Source: Octopus sinensis
Lineage: Eukaryota
DNA length: 64,000 nucleotides
Reading direction: 5' to 3'
Assembly: GCF_006345805.1 (NCBI RefSeq)
Contig: NC_043011.1
Location: 6,324,001-6,388,000 of the forward strand
The position numbers were made by a program, and so were the translations under genes. How positions within the stretch are numbered: the stretch's first letter is position 1; the number at the start of each line of letters is the position of its first letter. This document shows, piece by piece, positions 12,397 through 25,975 of this stretch. The notes under the pieces are model-generated. The model was not told the origin of the DNA. It worked only from the letters and a program-made list of their open reading frames with translations, and made no database searches.

Positions 12397-12806
12397 TAGG
12401 CGCAGGAGTGGCTGTATAGGCGCAGGAGTGGCTGTGTGGTAAGTAGCTTGCTAACCAACAACATGGTTCTGGGTTCAGTCCCACTGCGTGGCATCTTGGG
12501 CAAGTGTCTTCTGCTATAGCCCCGGGCCGACCAATGCCTTGTGAGTGGATTTGGTAGACGGAAACTGAAAGAAGCTTGTCGTATATATGTATGTGTGTGT
12601 GTGTGTTTGTCCCCCTAGCATTGCTTGACAACCGATGCTGGTGTGTTTACGTCCCTGTCACTTAGCGGTTCGGCAAAAGAGACTGATAGAATAAGTACTG
12701 GGCCTACAAAGAATAAGTCCCGGGGTCGATTTGCTCGACTAAAGGTGGTGCTCCAGCATGGCCGCAGTCAAATGACTGAAACAAGTAAAAGAGTAAGAGT
12801 AAAGAG
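12397..12806 (+). mobile_element. SINE family A, full length, with 20-bp duplicated 5' end
   Basis: taggcgcaggagtggctgta repeated at 12397 and 12417; internal (TA)(TG) tract; (GTAAAAGA)-like tail. Confidence 0.95.
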
Positions 12807-13364
12807 TATATATATATATATACACGCATACATACATGCATGCATACATACATACACCCCTCTCCCATAATATATATATATGATGGACTCTTCCTTTATA
12901 AACAACAGATGGGGTTTCTACAGTTGTTTTGCTGAAACAACCTGCAAAAATGAGTTGTTTATAGTAATCAAATGTTTGTGCAGCATCCTAGTCCTCTCTC
13001 TGCGTCACCTTGACATTGCCTGCACGGGTGCACAAGATGTGAAAGTGAAGAACTCAATGCTCCACCTGGTCCAGGAACTGAACCCACAATCCCATGAGCA
13101 TGAGGGTAACACCCTAACCACTAGGCCACATGCCCTTAGTCACACACACACCACACACACACACACAGTAATCTTTACAATAAAATTGACTCCAAGAATA
13201 GTTATTCCAACAGTAAATGTTCCAACCTTATTTTTGAAAATTGGTTTGAAACAATTACCTCATTTTAAAACACACACACACACACACACAACCACATGTA
13301 TGCTTATACACAATAAAACATATGGGTGTTTGTAACAATTCACATTTTAATGTAGTAAATATGT

Positions 13365-13440
13365 ACATTAAATATATATATATATACACACACACACATT
13401 TGTGTGTATATATATATATATATATATATGCACACACATT

Positions 13441-13492
<52 letters not shown>

Positions 13493-13524
13493 TATTTGTA
13501 TATATATATATATGCAGACACATT

Positions 13525-13570
<46 letters not shown>

Positions 13571-13605
13571 TACATATTTGTGTATATATATACAGAGACA
13601 CACAC
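13365..13605. repeat. Compound (TA)n/(CA)n/(TG)n microsatellite
   Basis: Direct reading; source of the IYIYIY ORFs. Confidence 0.95.
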
Positions 13606-13968
13606 TAATACATATCATGGGAAATAATGTTATCGCTTACCTAAGAATGAATTTAGTCTTATCAGAAAAGGTTTTGTTATCATTAAAGTGTGTTTGAATT
13701 GGAATTTGGAGGCCATTGTTTTTAAAGCAACAAATATTGTGGCCTAGATCAACAGCAACCAATAACTCTGGGAATCTTTGTCTGTGGAAAACCAGGAGTG
13801 GTTATCTTTGCAGTGAATATAAATAAATGTTAGAATGTTTGAAAATTCTTACAGTTAGTGTCTGTCCATTTTCTTTATGAAGCCTTCAGCGTTCCCATGG
13901 CCAACAGTTTAATCATATCTAGAAGAACCTCGGTGTTTAAATAACTCTTTTCGAAAGTACATCTGCTG

Positions 13969-14163
13969 TTAACCCTTCAGCGTTTAAACCAGCCATGTCT
14001 GGTCAAAATGTCCTACCTGTTTAATGTTCAAACTGGCCAGATCTTGTCTCTCACACCTACCCTACAATGTCATTCTAAAAAATCATCACATCATCAAAGT
14101 CTCAAAGCTACAGGATTAATACAGGATTAATTCAAAATGTGAATAGATAAGGATTACATTTGA
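13969..14163. mobile_element. piggyBac-type MITE family E, right end lost
   Basis: TTAA-cccttcagcgtttaaaccagcc...; reverse complement of the body of 806-1033. Confidence 0.65.
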
Positions 14164-15557
14164 ATTGCTCAGGGATAGACTTTACTGATTCAAATACTTG
14201 GCACAATGCTAAATATCCTCCCACCTTGCCTTACCACATTCTACTTCACTGCACCACATCACACTGCACTTCATTGCATTATGCCATGCCACAGCATGCA
14301 GAATGAGACAATTGGGCATTGCTGTTTTGGTGCTGGCAATTTGGCTCAGGGATTGGATATTGAGCCTGTTTTGGTGACTACTTTTTGGTACTGAAGGCAG
14401 CACACACACACACATACACAGATGTGTGTGTGTTTGTGGAAATAGGGATCATCTAATACAGGGGTTACCAAAGTGGTTGATATCGACCCTTAGGGGTTGA
14501 TGGGACTATTCAAGGGGTCGATATATGCACATCTACTTATTTATTTTCTTGTATATACCTGGGGCTTGATGTGGGGGGTCAGGGATTCCATGAAGGGGTT
14601 TATGGTCTGTTTGGTGACTCCTGATTTAATACATCATAATGCTCTCTCTTTCCTTCTCCTTTCCTCTCCCTCCCTCCCTCACCTCTCTCCTTCCCTTATC
14701 TTTCTGTTTCCCTCACCCTCACTATCTTCTCTCTCCCCTCCCCTCCCCTGTTGCCTTCAGCCCCTTAATATTCTTCCTATTTATCTACAGAATTTATCAA
14801 AGGATTTACCAAGAGCATTGCCAAAAGACAGATGTGATCAGTAAGCAGTTCTGATTGTCTTGCTGTTTAAAAAAAAAATATACAAAACATTAATTTTTAA
14901 TATATTTCCTTCAATTTTCACGATTTAAAAAAAAATGTTTACTGCTTCTAGGGTATTGTACTCAGACGTTAATTAGTATAGTTAAAGGGTTATATTATTA
15001 ACTCTTACATCTTGCCCTAATAATTCTGAGATCATATCAGCTAAAATATTTTTTCAAAAGTAAGCCATCTTTGATGAAACTATGTGAATTATTTTCCAAA
15101 TAATTGAAAAATATAATTAAAGAACAGTTTTTGTTTTGTTTCTGAAAAATTTTTAAATGAATATAAAAAAAGTCCCCACTTCTTCCATTGAGAAAAAAAC
15201 TATTTTTGGAATTCAGTTTGTTTTTTCATGATAAATATTTGATAAAGAATTTTTTTCGTATTTTGTAAAATTTTAATTTCAGTCTTGCAAATCTAACATA
15301 AATAATAATAATAACAATAATAATAATAATAATAACAATAATAATTATTGTTATTGTTGTTATTATTATTGTTATTGTTATTATTGTTGTTATTATTAAG
15401 GCAGTGAGCTGGCAGAATTGTTAGCACGCTGGGCAAAATGCTTAGTGGTATTTAATCTGTCTTTACATTCTGAGTTCAAATTTTGCTGAGGTCAGCTTTG
15501 TCTTTTATCCTTTTGGGGGTCAATGAAATAAGTACCAGTCGATCACTGGGGTCATTG

Positions 15558-15589
<32 letters not shown>

Positions 15590-15870
15590 ATAAAGAATTT
15601 GAAGGCTTTGGTGTTAGGAAGAATGGTTAAATGACTGTTGAAGAGAAGATATATTGTGGTCTAAAGACAGAGGTTTTCCAACCTTCAATGGAAGAATAGC
15701 AGTTTGTGGAATATTAACAAATGTTATTGAAATGTTTTGTATTTTTCTTAACAATTCAGAATTTAAACATATCTGCTTGAATTCTTTTCATATCTTAATC
15801 AATTTTTAATTTGAGATTGAATTTCAATTCCAGATACTAAGTTTTTCTAGAATATAAAAAAAAATATAAT

Positions 15871-16266
15871 AGGCGCTGGAGCGGCTGTGTGGTAAGTAGC
15901 TTGCTTACCAACCACATGATTCTGGGTTCAGTCCCACTGCATGGCACCTTGGGCAAGTGTCTTCTACTATAGGCTCGGGTTGATCAAAGCCTTGTGAGTG
16001 GATTTGGTAGACAGAAACTGAAAGAAGCCCATCGTATATATGTATATATATGTATGTTTGTGTGTCTGTGTTTGTCCCCCAACATCACTTGACAACCAAT
16101 GCTGGTGTGTTTACGTTCCCGTAACTTAGCAGTTCGGCAAAAGAGACTGATAGAATAACTACTAGGCTTACAAAGAATAAGTCCTGGGATCGATTTGCTT
16201 GACTAAAGGTGGTGCTCCAGCATGGCTGCAGTTGAATGACTGAAACAAAATAAAAGAGTAAAAGAG
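15871..16266 (+). mobile_element. SINE family A, full length
   Basis: Head, internal microsatellite and tail as in 12397-12806. Confidence 0.95.
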
Positions 16267-16528
16267 ATTAATATATTTAAAACAATTAAAAAAAATATCG
16301 TAACAGTATTGTTTTCAGGCATCCAAGTCAACAATGCATAAAAGTGGAAGCATTCAAAGATTGTTGCTACCTTTCAAAATTCTGCTGCATTTCATGGGGA
16401 ATTTTTGGTGCTGAAAAGTTGTCTTGGTGTAGAGGTTGACCTACCTTTTTCTTTTCTTTTTTTCTGCAAGTTTTGGTCTGAAAAATCCAACTTGACAAAC
16501 TGGAAAATACAGTATCGTAAAATGTATA

Positions 16529-16750
16529 TTAACCCTTTCGTTACTGTATTTATTTTGAGATGCTCTGTGTTTCTTTCAATTATTTTGAATATAACAAAGA
16601 ATTTAGTAAAATAACTTAGTTGTCATTCAGCTAGTGTTAGGAACATAAATTGCGACTAAGGTTTGGTGGAAGATCAAAACTTATGAAAACAAGACATTTG
16701 TACTACAGAGCCAGAGCCGGTTTCAGCTGGGTTGGTAACGAAAGGGTTAA
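16529..16750. mobile_element. piggyBac-type MITE family D, intact
   Basis: TTAA-CCCTTTCGTTAC ... GTAACGAAAGGG-TTAA, perfect 12-bp terminal inverted repeat. Confidence 0.92.
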
Positions 16751-17387
16751 ATAAGCATATTCTAGTTCAATTCTTTACCCCCCCCCCCCACACACACACA
16801 TTCCACCTGATTGTAATGTTGATTTATGGAATTAAATTCAGTTTGGATCAGCCTGAATATTTTTCTTCAGAAAGAAAAACTTTCCACACCACTTATGTCT
16901 CTGTCTGTCTCTGCATATCTCTCTCTCCCTGTTTGTCTCTCTGTCTCTCTGTCCCTCTTTGTCTGTCTGTCTCTCTTCTACTAAAAACATTCAACAAAAT
17001 AGCTATTGAAAAATATAAACTGGTTGAAAACAACTTTTTGTTGCTTTAAGAGCTGAGAAGTTTTAGCTGGGGTGTGTGTGGAAGTGATGCTTGTGTGAGA
17101 TGTGAAGTACTATATAATAGTGGTAGCAGTAGTGGAGAAAAAATGAGGAGTGGTGAGAGAGATGGTTGGGATAGAATGAGGAGTGGTGAGAGAGTAAGAG
17201 GTGCAGAGAACTGAATCTTACCTAGTTTTTTCTATTAAAGATAGTTTCCATTCTTCTCTCATTTGGTGCAGATCTGAAGAAATTGGAGCTCCTTAATGAG
17301 AAACAGCTGCACGTGATACTGCACCCATCTTTGATCAGTCTATATAAGGTTTTGGGTTTTGAAGAGGAACAAATATTATAATTTGAA

Positions 17388-17798
17388 GTGTAGGAGTGAC
17401 TGTGTGGTAAGTAGCTTGCTAACCAACCACATGGTTCCGGGTCCAGTCCCACTGCGTGGCGTCTTGGGGAAGTGTCTTCTGCTATAGCCCTGGGCCGACC
17501 AATGCCTTGTGAGTGGATTTGGTAGATGGAAACTGAAAGAAGCCTGTCGTATATATGTATATATATATATGTGTGTGTGTGTGAGTGTGTTTGTATGTCT
17601 GTGTTTGTCCCCCTAGCATTGCTTGACAACTGATGCTGGTGTGTTTACGTCCCTGTCACTTAGCGGTTCGGCAAAAGAGACCGATAGAATAAGTACTAGG
17701 CTTACAAAGAATAAGTCCCAGGGTTGATTTGCTCGACTAAAGGTGGTGCTCCAGCATGGCCGCAGTCAAATGACTGAAACAAGTAATAGAGTAATAGA
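17388..17798 (+). mobile_element. SINE family A
   Basis: Same consensus as the other family A copies. Confidence 0.95.
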
Positions 17799-17820
17799 GA
17801 GAGAGAGAGAGTAGCAAGCT

Positions 17821-17851
<31 letters not shown>

Positions 17852-19244
17852 TGTTAATATGTGCATCTATGGTTCTCACCATGTGCATGTGTGTGTGTGC
17901 ACATCTCTGATTTCCTATGTGTATCTGTAGTTGTATGAATCGCAATCATTTCTGCAGGTTTCTCCTCTCAGTCTTGTATAACTGCTCTCACCATTACTCC
18001 TGAACCCCACAAAATATTTTATTTTCTTGAGCTCCTCAGGCCCCTTACTCAGTTTCCACGCTGTGTAAGTGACCGAGGTCAAAATATCCGTCCGTCCCTG
18101 AACTGATCAATTGCTGGGTTCTTGGCCAGCAGTTTCGAGGGGAGGGGGACAAGTCAGTCACATCAACCTCAGTACTTGAACTGGCACTTTATTGAACCTG
18201 ACGAAAGGCCAAAATGATTTCGGTGGGAATTGAACTCAGAACATGAAGCCTCAGAAGAAATGCTACTAAGCATTTTGTTTGATGTGCAATTTGATTCTGC
18301 AAGCTCACTGCTGTCTCCAAAATATTGCACCCTTCCATTTTCTCTGAGATAATAAGGAACAATTATACAGTATATTTTTTTGCCCCTAATTTTATCTCAT
18401 TAGGGATTTTAGAGTTAATTAAACTTCTTCAAATAATTTTAAAATGCTTTGAGTGTTTAGAACGGGAAATCAATACTTCCCTGACAGCAGAGTTCTATAA
18501 ACAAGAATTATTGTTCAATATTCACACACAAAGAATAGATTGCAAATTCCAAGAACTAATATCTTTCTTATTTTCCAAACTTATTGTTGATTTCTTTTAA
18601 ATAATTATTTTGAATCCTAATTAAGCAAAGTGAAAGTGCAAAGAATGTACAGTTTTTAACAATGGTACCAACACTTCACATAGCACTTGACTTGGTGGAT
18701 TTGTCTAGGGCTGTTTTCAAAGATAGTCGCTATATTTGTTATACTCTAAAATATGAATGGACATAGGAGGGTGGTGGCGGTGATTGGGGGGAAGCAGTGT
18801 AGTGAGTAACAGACACTTGAAAGGAAATTGGAGATAGTAAAGTTGTTTAATGAAAATGGTGTCTGCTGATAAAGTTAGCAGTTCAGGATGTTGTGAGAAA
18901 GGCCATTGGTTGTTTGTTTTGTTGATCTCGAGATAGCGGTGGTGGTGGTGGTGGCAAAGAACAGTTGCAGCTTTATAGAAAAATGGTGATTAGAATGCAG
19001 GAGGAGAGCAGATGATGGAATAAAGGAATAAAGTCTGAAGCAGTACCTTAGAAACTGATTATTCCCCCCCCCAAAAGAAAATGGCAAGCAGTAAAGATTA
19101 GATATCTTTTGAAGTTCTTTGCTTTCTGCCTGAAGAAGAGAAAGCCTAAATCATAGTTATTCAATATAACTAAAGTGTTCCCTGCGATAGGGATCTCTGG
19201 AAGCATACTTTGGCCATCGAAGAAGAATATTAGGAAATATGGCA

Positions 19245-19300
<56 letters not shown>

Positions 19301-19732
19301 ATAATAATAATAACTGAACTTTTATCCAATTTTTTGCTGCTTATACAAAATGATGAAATGGATATTAATTTTTAAAAGAAAAATATGACCTTAAAATAAA
19401 ATGAAATATTCAAAAAGTTAAAAAGAAAAAGAAAATTATTCTCCATGTTGATTTTATATTATGGACTTTACACGCAGTCTCAGCCCTCCTTCCCCCTCTT
19501 TCTATATATTATATTCACACACATGCACACACACTCTTTTGACTCTGATTCTTTCTCACTGTGTATGGTAGTCCACTACTCATTGCCTTCCACCAAGCTT
19601 TGTATGTGCACTCATTCTGCACTTTTACATTCTCTGTATCTTTCTTTCACTCTTTCTATGCTGTAAAGCATGAACTGGAGAAGTCAACCAACCAACCAAC
19701 CAACCAACAGTTAGATTGGCTATTCCTAGCCA

Positions 19733-20545
19733 TTGTACCTTGACCTAAAAAAACTCTGAGCAGATTGGAGTGCTTGCTTTTCTGATTCTTATGGAAGGGT
19801 CAGGTTCTGCTGTTCAGAAAATCCATCTGCTGTCAACAACCACACCGTGGTGGTCTTGGGATGCCATCCTTAATGATGCAGCGCCATGCTTTGAGGCTGT
19901 CACACCTACAGAAATATCTAAATCACTGAGATGATGTGGACAAAAATAAAGGTGAGCTGGTCTAGACGTCTTTCATGCGACACATCTTTCTGCAGCTCAT
20001 CTCATTGACAGAGCTGCAGTCATGGGTCAAGCGTAGACCAAGGTTGGGTGTTTGGCGTCTTGAATGTTGCCAGGCACTCAGTGTGTTGTACCGGCTATCC
20101 AAAGCCGTTAGCAGATAAACAACCCAAGATTTCTATAGGGGGTGAGTTGAGGGTATGAGTGATGATGGCCTAGGATTGAATCTAGGCATTGACGAGAACA
20201 GTCAGAGTACCTTTTGGTTGAAGATCATGGACAATTTCCAAAAGTCTTTGGGTTGGCAGTGCTACAGAGGGACATTGCTCATTCAAGACAAGCTTTTCAG
20301 GCAAGGAAGTGCCAACAACCGAACCTACCAGAGATGCTTGTAGGAGGATGAAATAATTCATCGTCCGTGCATTAGAGAGTTGTGGGATTGTGTAGAGCAG
20401 TTGTTGTCATGTGTAAGACGAATTCAGCTGTCTCCTGAATGTATAGTGAAGATCAATGTACCACCTTCCCTTAGTGAAGAAAGGCAGATCTTTCTCTGCT
20501 TAGTAGCTGTGGTAAAAGAGGCTCTATGGTGGAACTATCTGTAAA
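19733..20545 (+). pseudogene. Tx1/L1-clade LINE ORF2 C-terminal remnant
   Basis: Reads LF*FLWKGQV..RKSICCQQPHRGGLGMPSL..RHALRL and SLGWQCYRG...QRCL*EDE..H..IRELWDCVEQLL...LVAVVKEALWW, typical of the post-RT and zinc-knuckle region; stops and frameshifts. Confidence 0.75.
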
Positions 20546-20863
20546 ATTTAAAGACAGGCACACTCTTATCTGGTCAGGTCCTCATCAATTCTTTCAAATA
20601 TCATTTAAAGAGGAAGGTGAAGGTAGAGAGGGAGGTGCTGCCCTCTAGTGTGTTTATCAAAAGGTGGTCAACAGTGGCAAGACTGGTGAGACAGAATGGA
20701 TCGACACTATGTTTTTCTAAGCAGGAGGAAAGAAACTGGAAGAGAGCACTTTCCCATGCTTTGGAGTTGGCAGAGTTATCCCTGATTTATGTGTGGGGTT
20801 TACCCTGGATTATCTTAAGTAGACTGTCCCAGCTTTTGGGGATTCCATTTATTATTATTTATT

Positions 20864-21080
20864 CTCTTACTCTCTTTTACTCTTTTACTTGTTTCAGTCA
20901 TTTGACTGCGGCCATGCTGGAGCACCGCCTTTAATCGAGCAACTCGACCTTGGGACTTATTCTATCGGTCTCTTTTGCCGAACCGCTAAGTAACGGGGAC
21001 ATAAACACACCAGCATCGGTTGTCAAGCAATGCTAGGGGGACAAACACAGACACACAAACACACACACACACACACACAC

Positions 21081-21140
<60 letters not shown>

Positions 21141-21376
21141 TAATGGCGGTGCCCCAGCATGGCCACAGCTCATAAGCTGAAACTGGAATCAATCAATCAA
21201 TCAATCATATACAACGGGCTTCTTTCAGTTTCCGTCTACCAAATCCACTCTCAAGTCTTTGGTCGGCCCGAGGCTATAGTAGAAGACACTTGCCTAAGGT
21301 GCCACGCAGTGGGACTGAACCCAGAACCATGTAGTTGGTAAACAAGCTACTTACCACACAACCACTCCTGCGCCTA
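20864..21376 (-). mobile_element. SINE family A, full length, with a short opposite-strand SINE tail fragment at ~21141-21205
   Basis: Tail ctcttttactc at left, head gcgcct at right. Confidence 0.9.
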
Positions 21377-21839
21377 TTCCTCAACTTTCTATTGTATATC
21401 CTCTGTTATATCCTTTAATGTGGTAGCATCTCCCTTTGATTGGTGTTACCCCCACATTTTTGTAGTTTTTTTATTTGTGCTGTAACTTGTCCTTCGATAT
21501 TGTCCTTCATGTCTTGGGCCCTTGTGGCCAATAAATCATCATCATCATTATCGAAATTTTCACCCTTACTCCGCCTAACCGCTTTATTGAGTCCATCTTA
21601 GGGAGCAGCAGTCTCATCAGAAAAGCCATTTTGGTCTCACATTTTCAGACTTTTACTCAGTGAAATCCTAACACTGCTAAGCAAACATTGGTTGCAATTT
21701 GACTCAATCAAATGACCGCAGACCAAAATGGAATGCTGTAGATGACCATTACATTGGTTGACTAAAAGCAGACACAAAAACTATAATGCAATAGATGTAA
21801 AAACATTTTTTTTTTTAACGTGTGTGTGTGTGTGTGTGT

Positions 21840-22330
21840 TTATCTCATGTTCAATGGTCATGTAGTAATAAAATGTCATGAAGTTACATGACCATACCAC
21901 ATGGTATTTTTCTTCATGTGCATGCATATTGACAAACATCACACTTAAACGCTCACATATTCACGCACATGCATTCCCAAACATGCACACACATTCGCAC
22001 ACATTCACATGCACGCGGTCACACACATTCACACACACAAACCCACTTATTCCACAAACATACACAACTTATTCCGCACACACACACACATTCACACACA
22101 CACACACACACTCTTATTCACACACACACACACTCTTATTCATGCCCACACAAGCCTGCACAAACACTTATTCACACAGACACACACAAACACTTATTTC
22201 ACACACACACACAAACACTTATTCACACACACGCACACACCCACACTTAATCACAAACACACATGTGTGCATATTCACACAAACATTCACACACCACACA
22301 CACACACACACATATTCACACATAGATACA
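21840..22330. repeat. Degenerate (CA)n-rich low-complexity tract
   Basis: Direct reading. Confidence 0.9.
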
Positions 22331-22756
22331 CGTGCCTGTGAGAACAAATTCCTTCTGGCCTGCAATCATTTCTCCCCTCTAGCACCACTACTTTAACTTC
22401 ACTAATGCAACGGAGCTATTTTTTGTTGGATGCCATGTGGGGAGACCTTTGTTTGGTTCACATGCTAGAAACAGCACTCAGAGCACCCTCAAACCTTACT
22501 CTTTCATAAACAGAAACACTAAATAATACGGTTCTGTAAATGTTATCAAATCAAACAAGCAGACAGGCTTGTCATGGTTGGACCGTCTTTGATCAGAGTC
22601 TGCTCACTCAGGGCTGACCTGTAGTTAAACAATACTGCCATAGCTAAAGTGTGGTTTCTTGTATTGTTTGTCTGTGCTGTGCCGGAAATTTCTTTTTGTA
22701 AGGCAGCAAAGCGACAGAATCATTTTTCCCTTCCTTTTTGTCCAAAATGTAGAACA

Positions 22757-23140
22757 CTAAGGCACTCGTGTCCTGCTACAATTCTCTGTTCTTTGTCTTT
22801 TTTTTTTTTTGTAACTGTTCTGATATTTAACATCTCTTTCTTCCAACCAGTTTGTCACGTTTGGCATCCATGCCATCCTCCTCTTTCTTCCTCTGCTTCT
22901 TTTCCCTTCAATCTTTCCGGTCGTTGCTAAATTCCTCAGGCTCTCTTTCCTCATCACATGACCAAAAAGTCCTATTTACCACAGCCCAGGTCATCACTTC
23001 TTTATTAGACACTTTGTTTGTCCATGCTATCCTCAATATTCTCCTTAAGAACCACACTTCACAGCTGCCCAAGCGCCTTCTCATTCCTCAATTCCATACA
23101 TTAACACTGGGTAGACATAGCAGTCCAACACAGATCTTTG
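22757..23140 (-). pseudogene. RTE (BovB-like) LINE ORF C-terminal remnant
   Basis: CYVYPVLMYG ... EVWFLRRILRIAWTNKVSNKEV ... GHVMRKESLRNLATTGKIEGKRSRGRKR. Confidence 0.85.
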
Positions 23141-23389
23141 GTCCAAGATTCAAGAATCCTTACTACGCAGAGTAAAATACTTGGTGGCATCTCTTTTGTC
23201 TGTCTTTAACTTTCTGAGTTCAAATTCTGCTGAGGTTGACTTTGCCTTTTTCATTGTTTCAGTGGTAGTGGTGGTGGGGGGGCAATAAAATAAGCAATTG
23301 AGAACTGAGGTTGATGGAATCAACTTCCCCTCCCCTCAAAACTACTGGCCTTCTGCTAGAATTTGAAACCATAAATACAGGTTGATGGG

Positions 23390-23795
23390 TGCAGGCATAG
23401 CTGAGTGGTAAGAAGTTTGCTTCCCAACCACACGGTTTGGGGTTCAGTCCCTCTGCATGGCATCTTAGGCAAGTGTCTTCTATTATAGCCCTATTTAGCC
23501 AAAGCCTTCTGAGTGGATTTGGTGGACAGAAACTGAAAGAAGTCTACCGTGTGTGTGTGAATCTCCTTGCCTGGGTGTCACACAGTAGTTGTGTCGCCAT
23601 CATGCAAGTGATATCCTTTGTTTCCAATCTTCCATGAAAACATGTCTGGTCATGAGGAAATTTTACTTTAGCTAGAAACTGGTTAGGGTTGGTGACGGGA
23701 AAGGTACCCAGCTGGCTGTAGAAAATCCACCTTGACAAATTCTCTCCAACTCGGGTGAGCAAGGAAAAGTGAATGTCACAAGGATGATAATGAAT
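23390..23795 (+). mobile_element. SINE with family A head and RTE-like 3' tail
   Basis: ggtgcaggcatagctgagtggtaag head, then ggaaaggtacccagctggctgtagaaaatcc...gatgataatga tail related to the RTE 3'UTR. Confidence 0.65.
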
Positions 23796-25693
23796 CCTAA
23801 TTAGGCATCTTAACTATGAAATTATTGTTGCACTAATTATTACTGCAGAAGCCATTCGACCTGTTAAGAAATTGTCATTAATATATGGCACTAATAAGGT
23901 GGTGAGCTGGCAGAACCTTTAGTATGCTGGGCAATAATGCTTAGCAGCATATTGTCCTTTATGTTTTGAGTTCAAATTCCACTGATGGCGACTCTACGTT
24001 TTATCCTTTTGGGGTTGATAAAATAAGTACCAGTTGAGCACTGGCGTCAATGTAATCGACTTAACTTGTCCCCTGAAATTGATGGCCTTGTGCCAAAATT
24101 TGAAACCAATAAATTTGAATTGAAGGAACCAGTATTTAGTCATGACCTGTATCACGAGTTCCCATTTTACTAGGGTCAGCTTTCTCTTGGATCTTTTCTG
24201 GGGTTATTATATTTTATATCAGTGAATTTTCTAACTTATTGCTTATAGGTTTCGAAAAGGATCATTGATTCCCTGCATTTCCAATGGTTGAGGGCAACAA
24301 GGGGCATAGCTGAGCAAAGTGAATAGATGTGTGATCTACGTAGTGGTCCATGTGCAGTCCAGTGTCTTGAGACCAAACTCCACCACTTCTCCCTTGGTCT
24401 TCAGCTGTATCCTTCTACTTGGATCACTTCGTAATCCTTTATCTTGCATCTTCAGCTTGACTCATTCCTTTGCCCAGATTTCCCCATAAAACTCCAGCTT
24501 GCCGTCATAGTCTTCTCTCTCCTATATAACGAATTGATTCCTATTTTGACTGAAGCTTTTCTATCAGTTCTTGTGGAAAATATATATATGGTGACTTCAT
24601 AGTAATATATTGCATCTCTTTACCTCCTCTCTTTCTCTCTCTCCCTTCTCCCCTCTCTTCTCTCTCTCTCCCTTCCCCTCTCTCTCCCTTCTCCTCTCTC
24701 TCCCTTTCTCCCTTATCTCCCCCCCCCCCCGCTGGCAGCTGATGATGGGAACACATTTGTTATGCTTGTTTGTGGATGTTTAATCTGAGTTGTCTTTCAG
24801 TCACTCGTCAGGTGGGGGAAGTGGTTGCAGATTTGTGGTTTGTGGAGATAACTTACATTGTTATTGGCTTTTTTTTTTTCTCTATAGATAATTTTATTTA
24901 AATAATTTTATTTAAGCTTAGATAATGGCATCCAGTTTCGGAGAGGTTCTGTGACACACACACCTGTGTATCCGTCGCTGTCTTTACTAAAGTCAGTTTG
25001 ACCATTAAGACGATTGAATACATGAACCATCCTGTTACAAATCTATTGAGTGCCATAATTCCCAGGTAACTGGGAATTCAATCAGCTGCTTCATACACCA
25101 CAAAGGTCAAAGTTTCTGTTTGCTGAAGACATAATTTTGGAAGCAGCAGCAGCTATACAGGTTGAACAACTAAATTAAAGACCAATTATTAAATCTCTTA
25201 ATCATTGACGTTCTTATCTCTACTCACAATGTTAATCCCAAGGTGATTTCAAAATTAAAACAGCCTCAATGAAATTCAATTATATATTTTACTTTGGTTT
25301 AACTGTCTTGGTAGTTTTTGCTAATTTTGTTGTGGTGTTGATATATTGTTTATCTACTTATTTCTGTGTGACCTGGAAGTTAAGAAGGGAGCCAAAAAAT
25401 CCACTGACATTCCTGTCATTGTTAGGGGACATGATTTGTCAAGTGTTCTGCAGTGTAAAGGTTAGGAATGAAGTTATGATAATAGAGCCCCTCTCTATTA
25501 AAACACAGCACTTCTATTTCTTTTAGAGCTTCTGACCTTACTTCATCCAAACTATTTGGGCTCAACTACCTTGCACCACATACAAACTCCCTCAATGTAT
25601 GTGTGAAACAAGGAAAATGTCCCTTGTATTTAAATACTATGGAAATATTTTTTTAAAAAACTTTAAAATTTTTCCATAATATGTTTTCTATAC

Positions 25694-25735
25694 TTAGAGT
25701 TGAAAAAGTCTCAATGACTGAAACTAGTACTGAAA
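25694..25735 (+). ncRNA. Minimal type I hammerhead, U3-A8 core variant
   Basis: AG-UUGAAAA-AGUC-UCAAU-GACU-GAAAC-UA-GUA-CU; perfect 4-bp stem II, palindromic ACUAGU stem III, weak stem I. Confidence 0.55.
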
Positions 25736-25793
25736 TGTTTCTTATGATAAAATTATTTAAGCATTTTCTACTTTTACTTATTTTCCTTATATA

Positions 25794-25975
25794 TCATCAT
25801 CATCATCGTTTAACGTCCGTTTTCCGCGCTAGCATGGGTTGGACGGTTCGACCGGGGTCTGGGAAGCGAGGGGCTGCACCAGGCTCTAGTCTGATCTGGC
25901 AGTGTTTCTACAGCTGGATGCCCTTCCTAACGCCAACCACTCCGCGAGTGTAGTGGGTGCTTTTACGTGCCACGC
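25794..25975 (-). mobile_element. RTE 3'UTR/tail fragment (family C)
   Basis: catcatcatcgtttaacgtccg...ggatgcccttcctaacgccaacc; near identical to 41640-41820. Confidence 0.9.
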
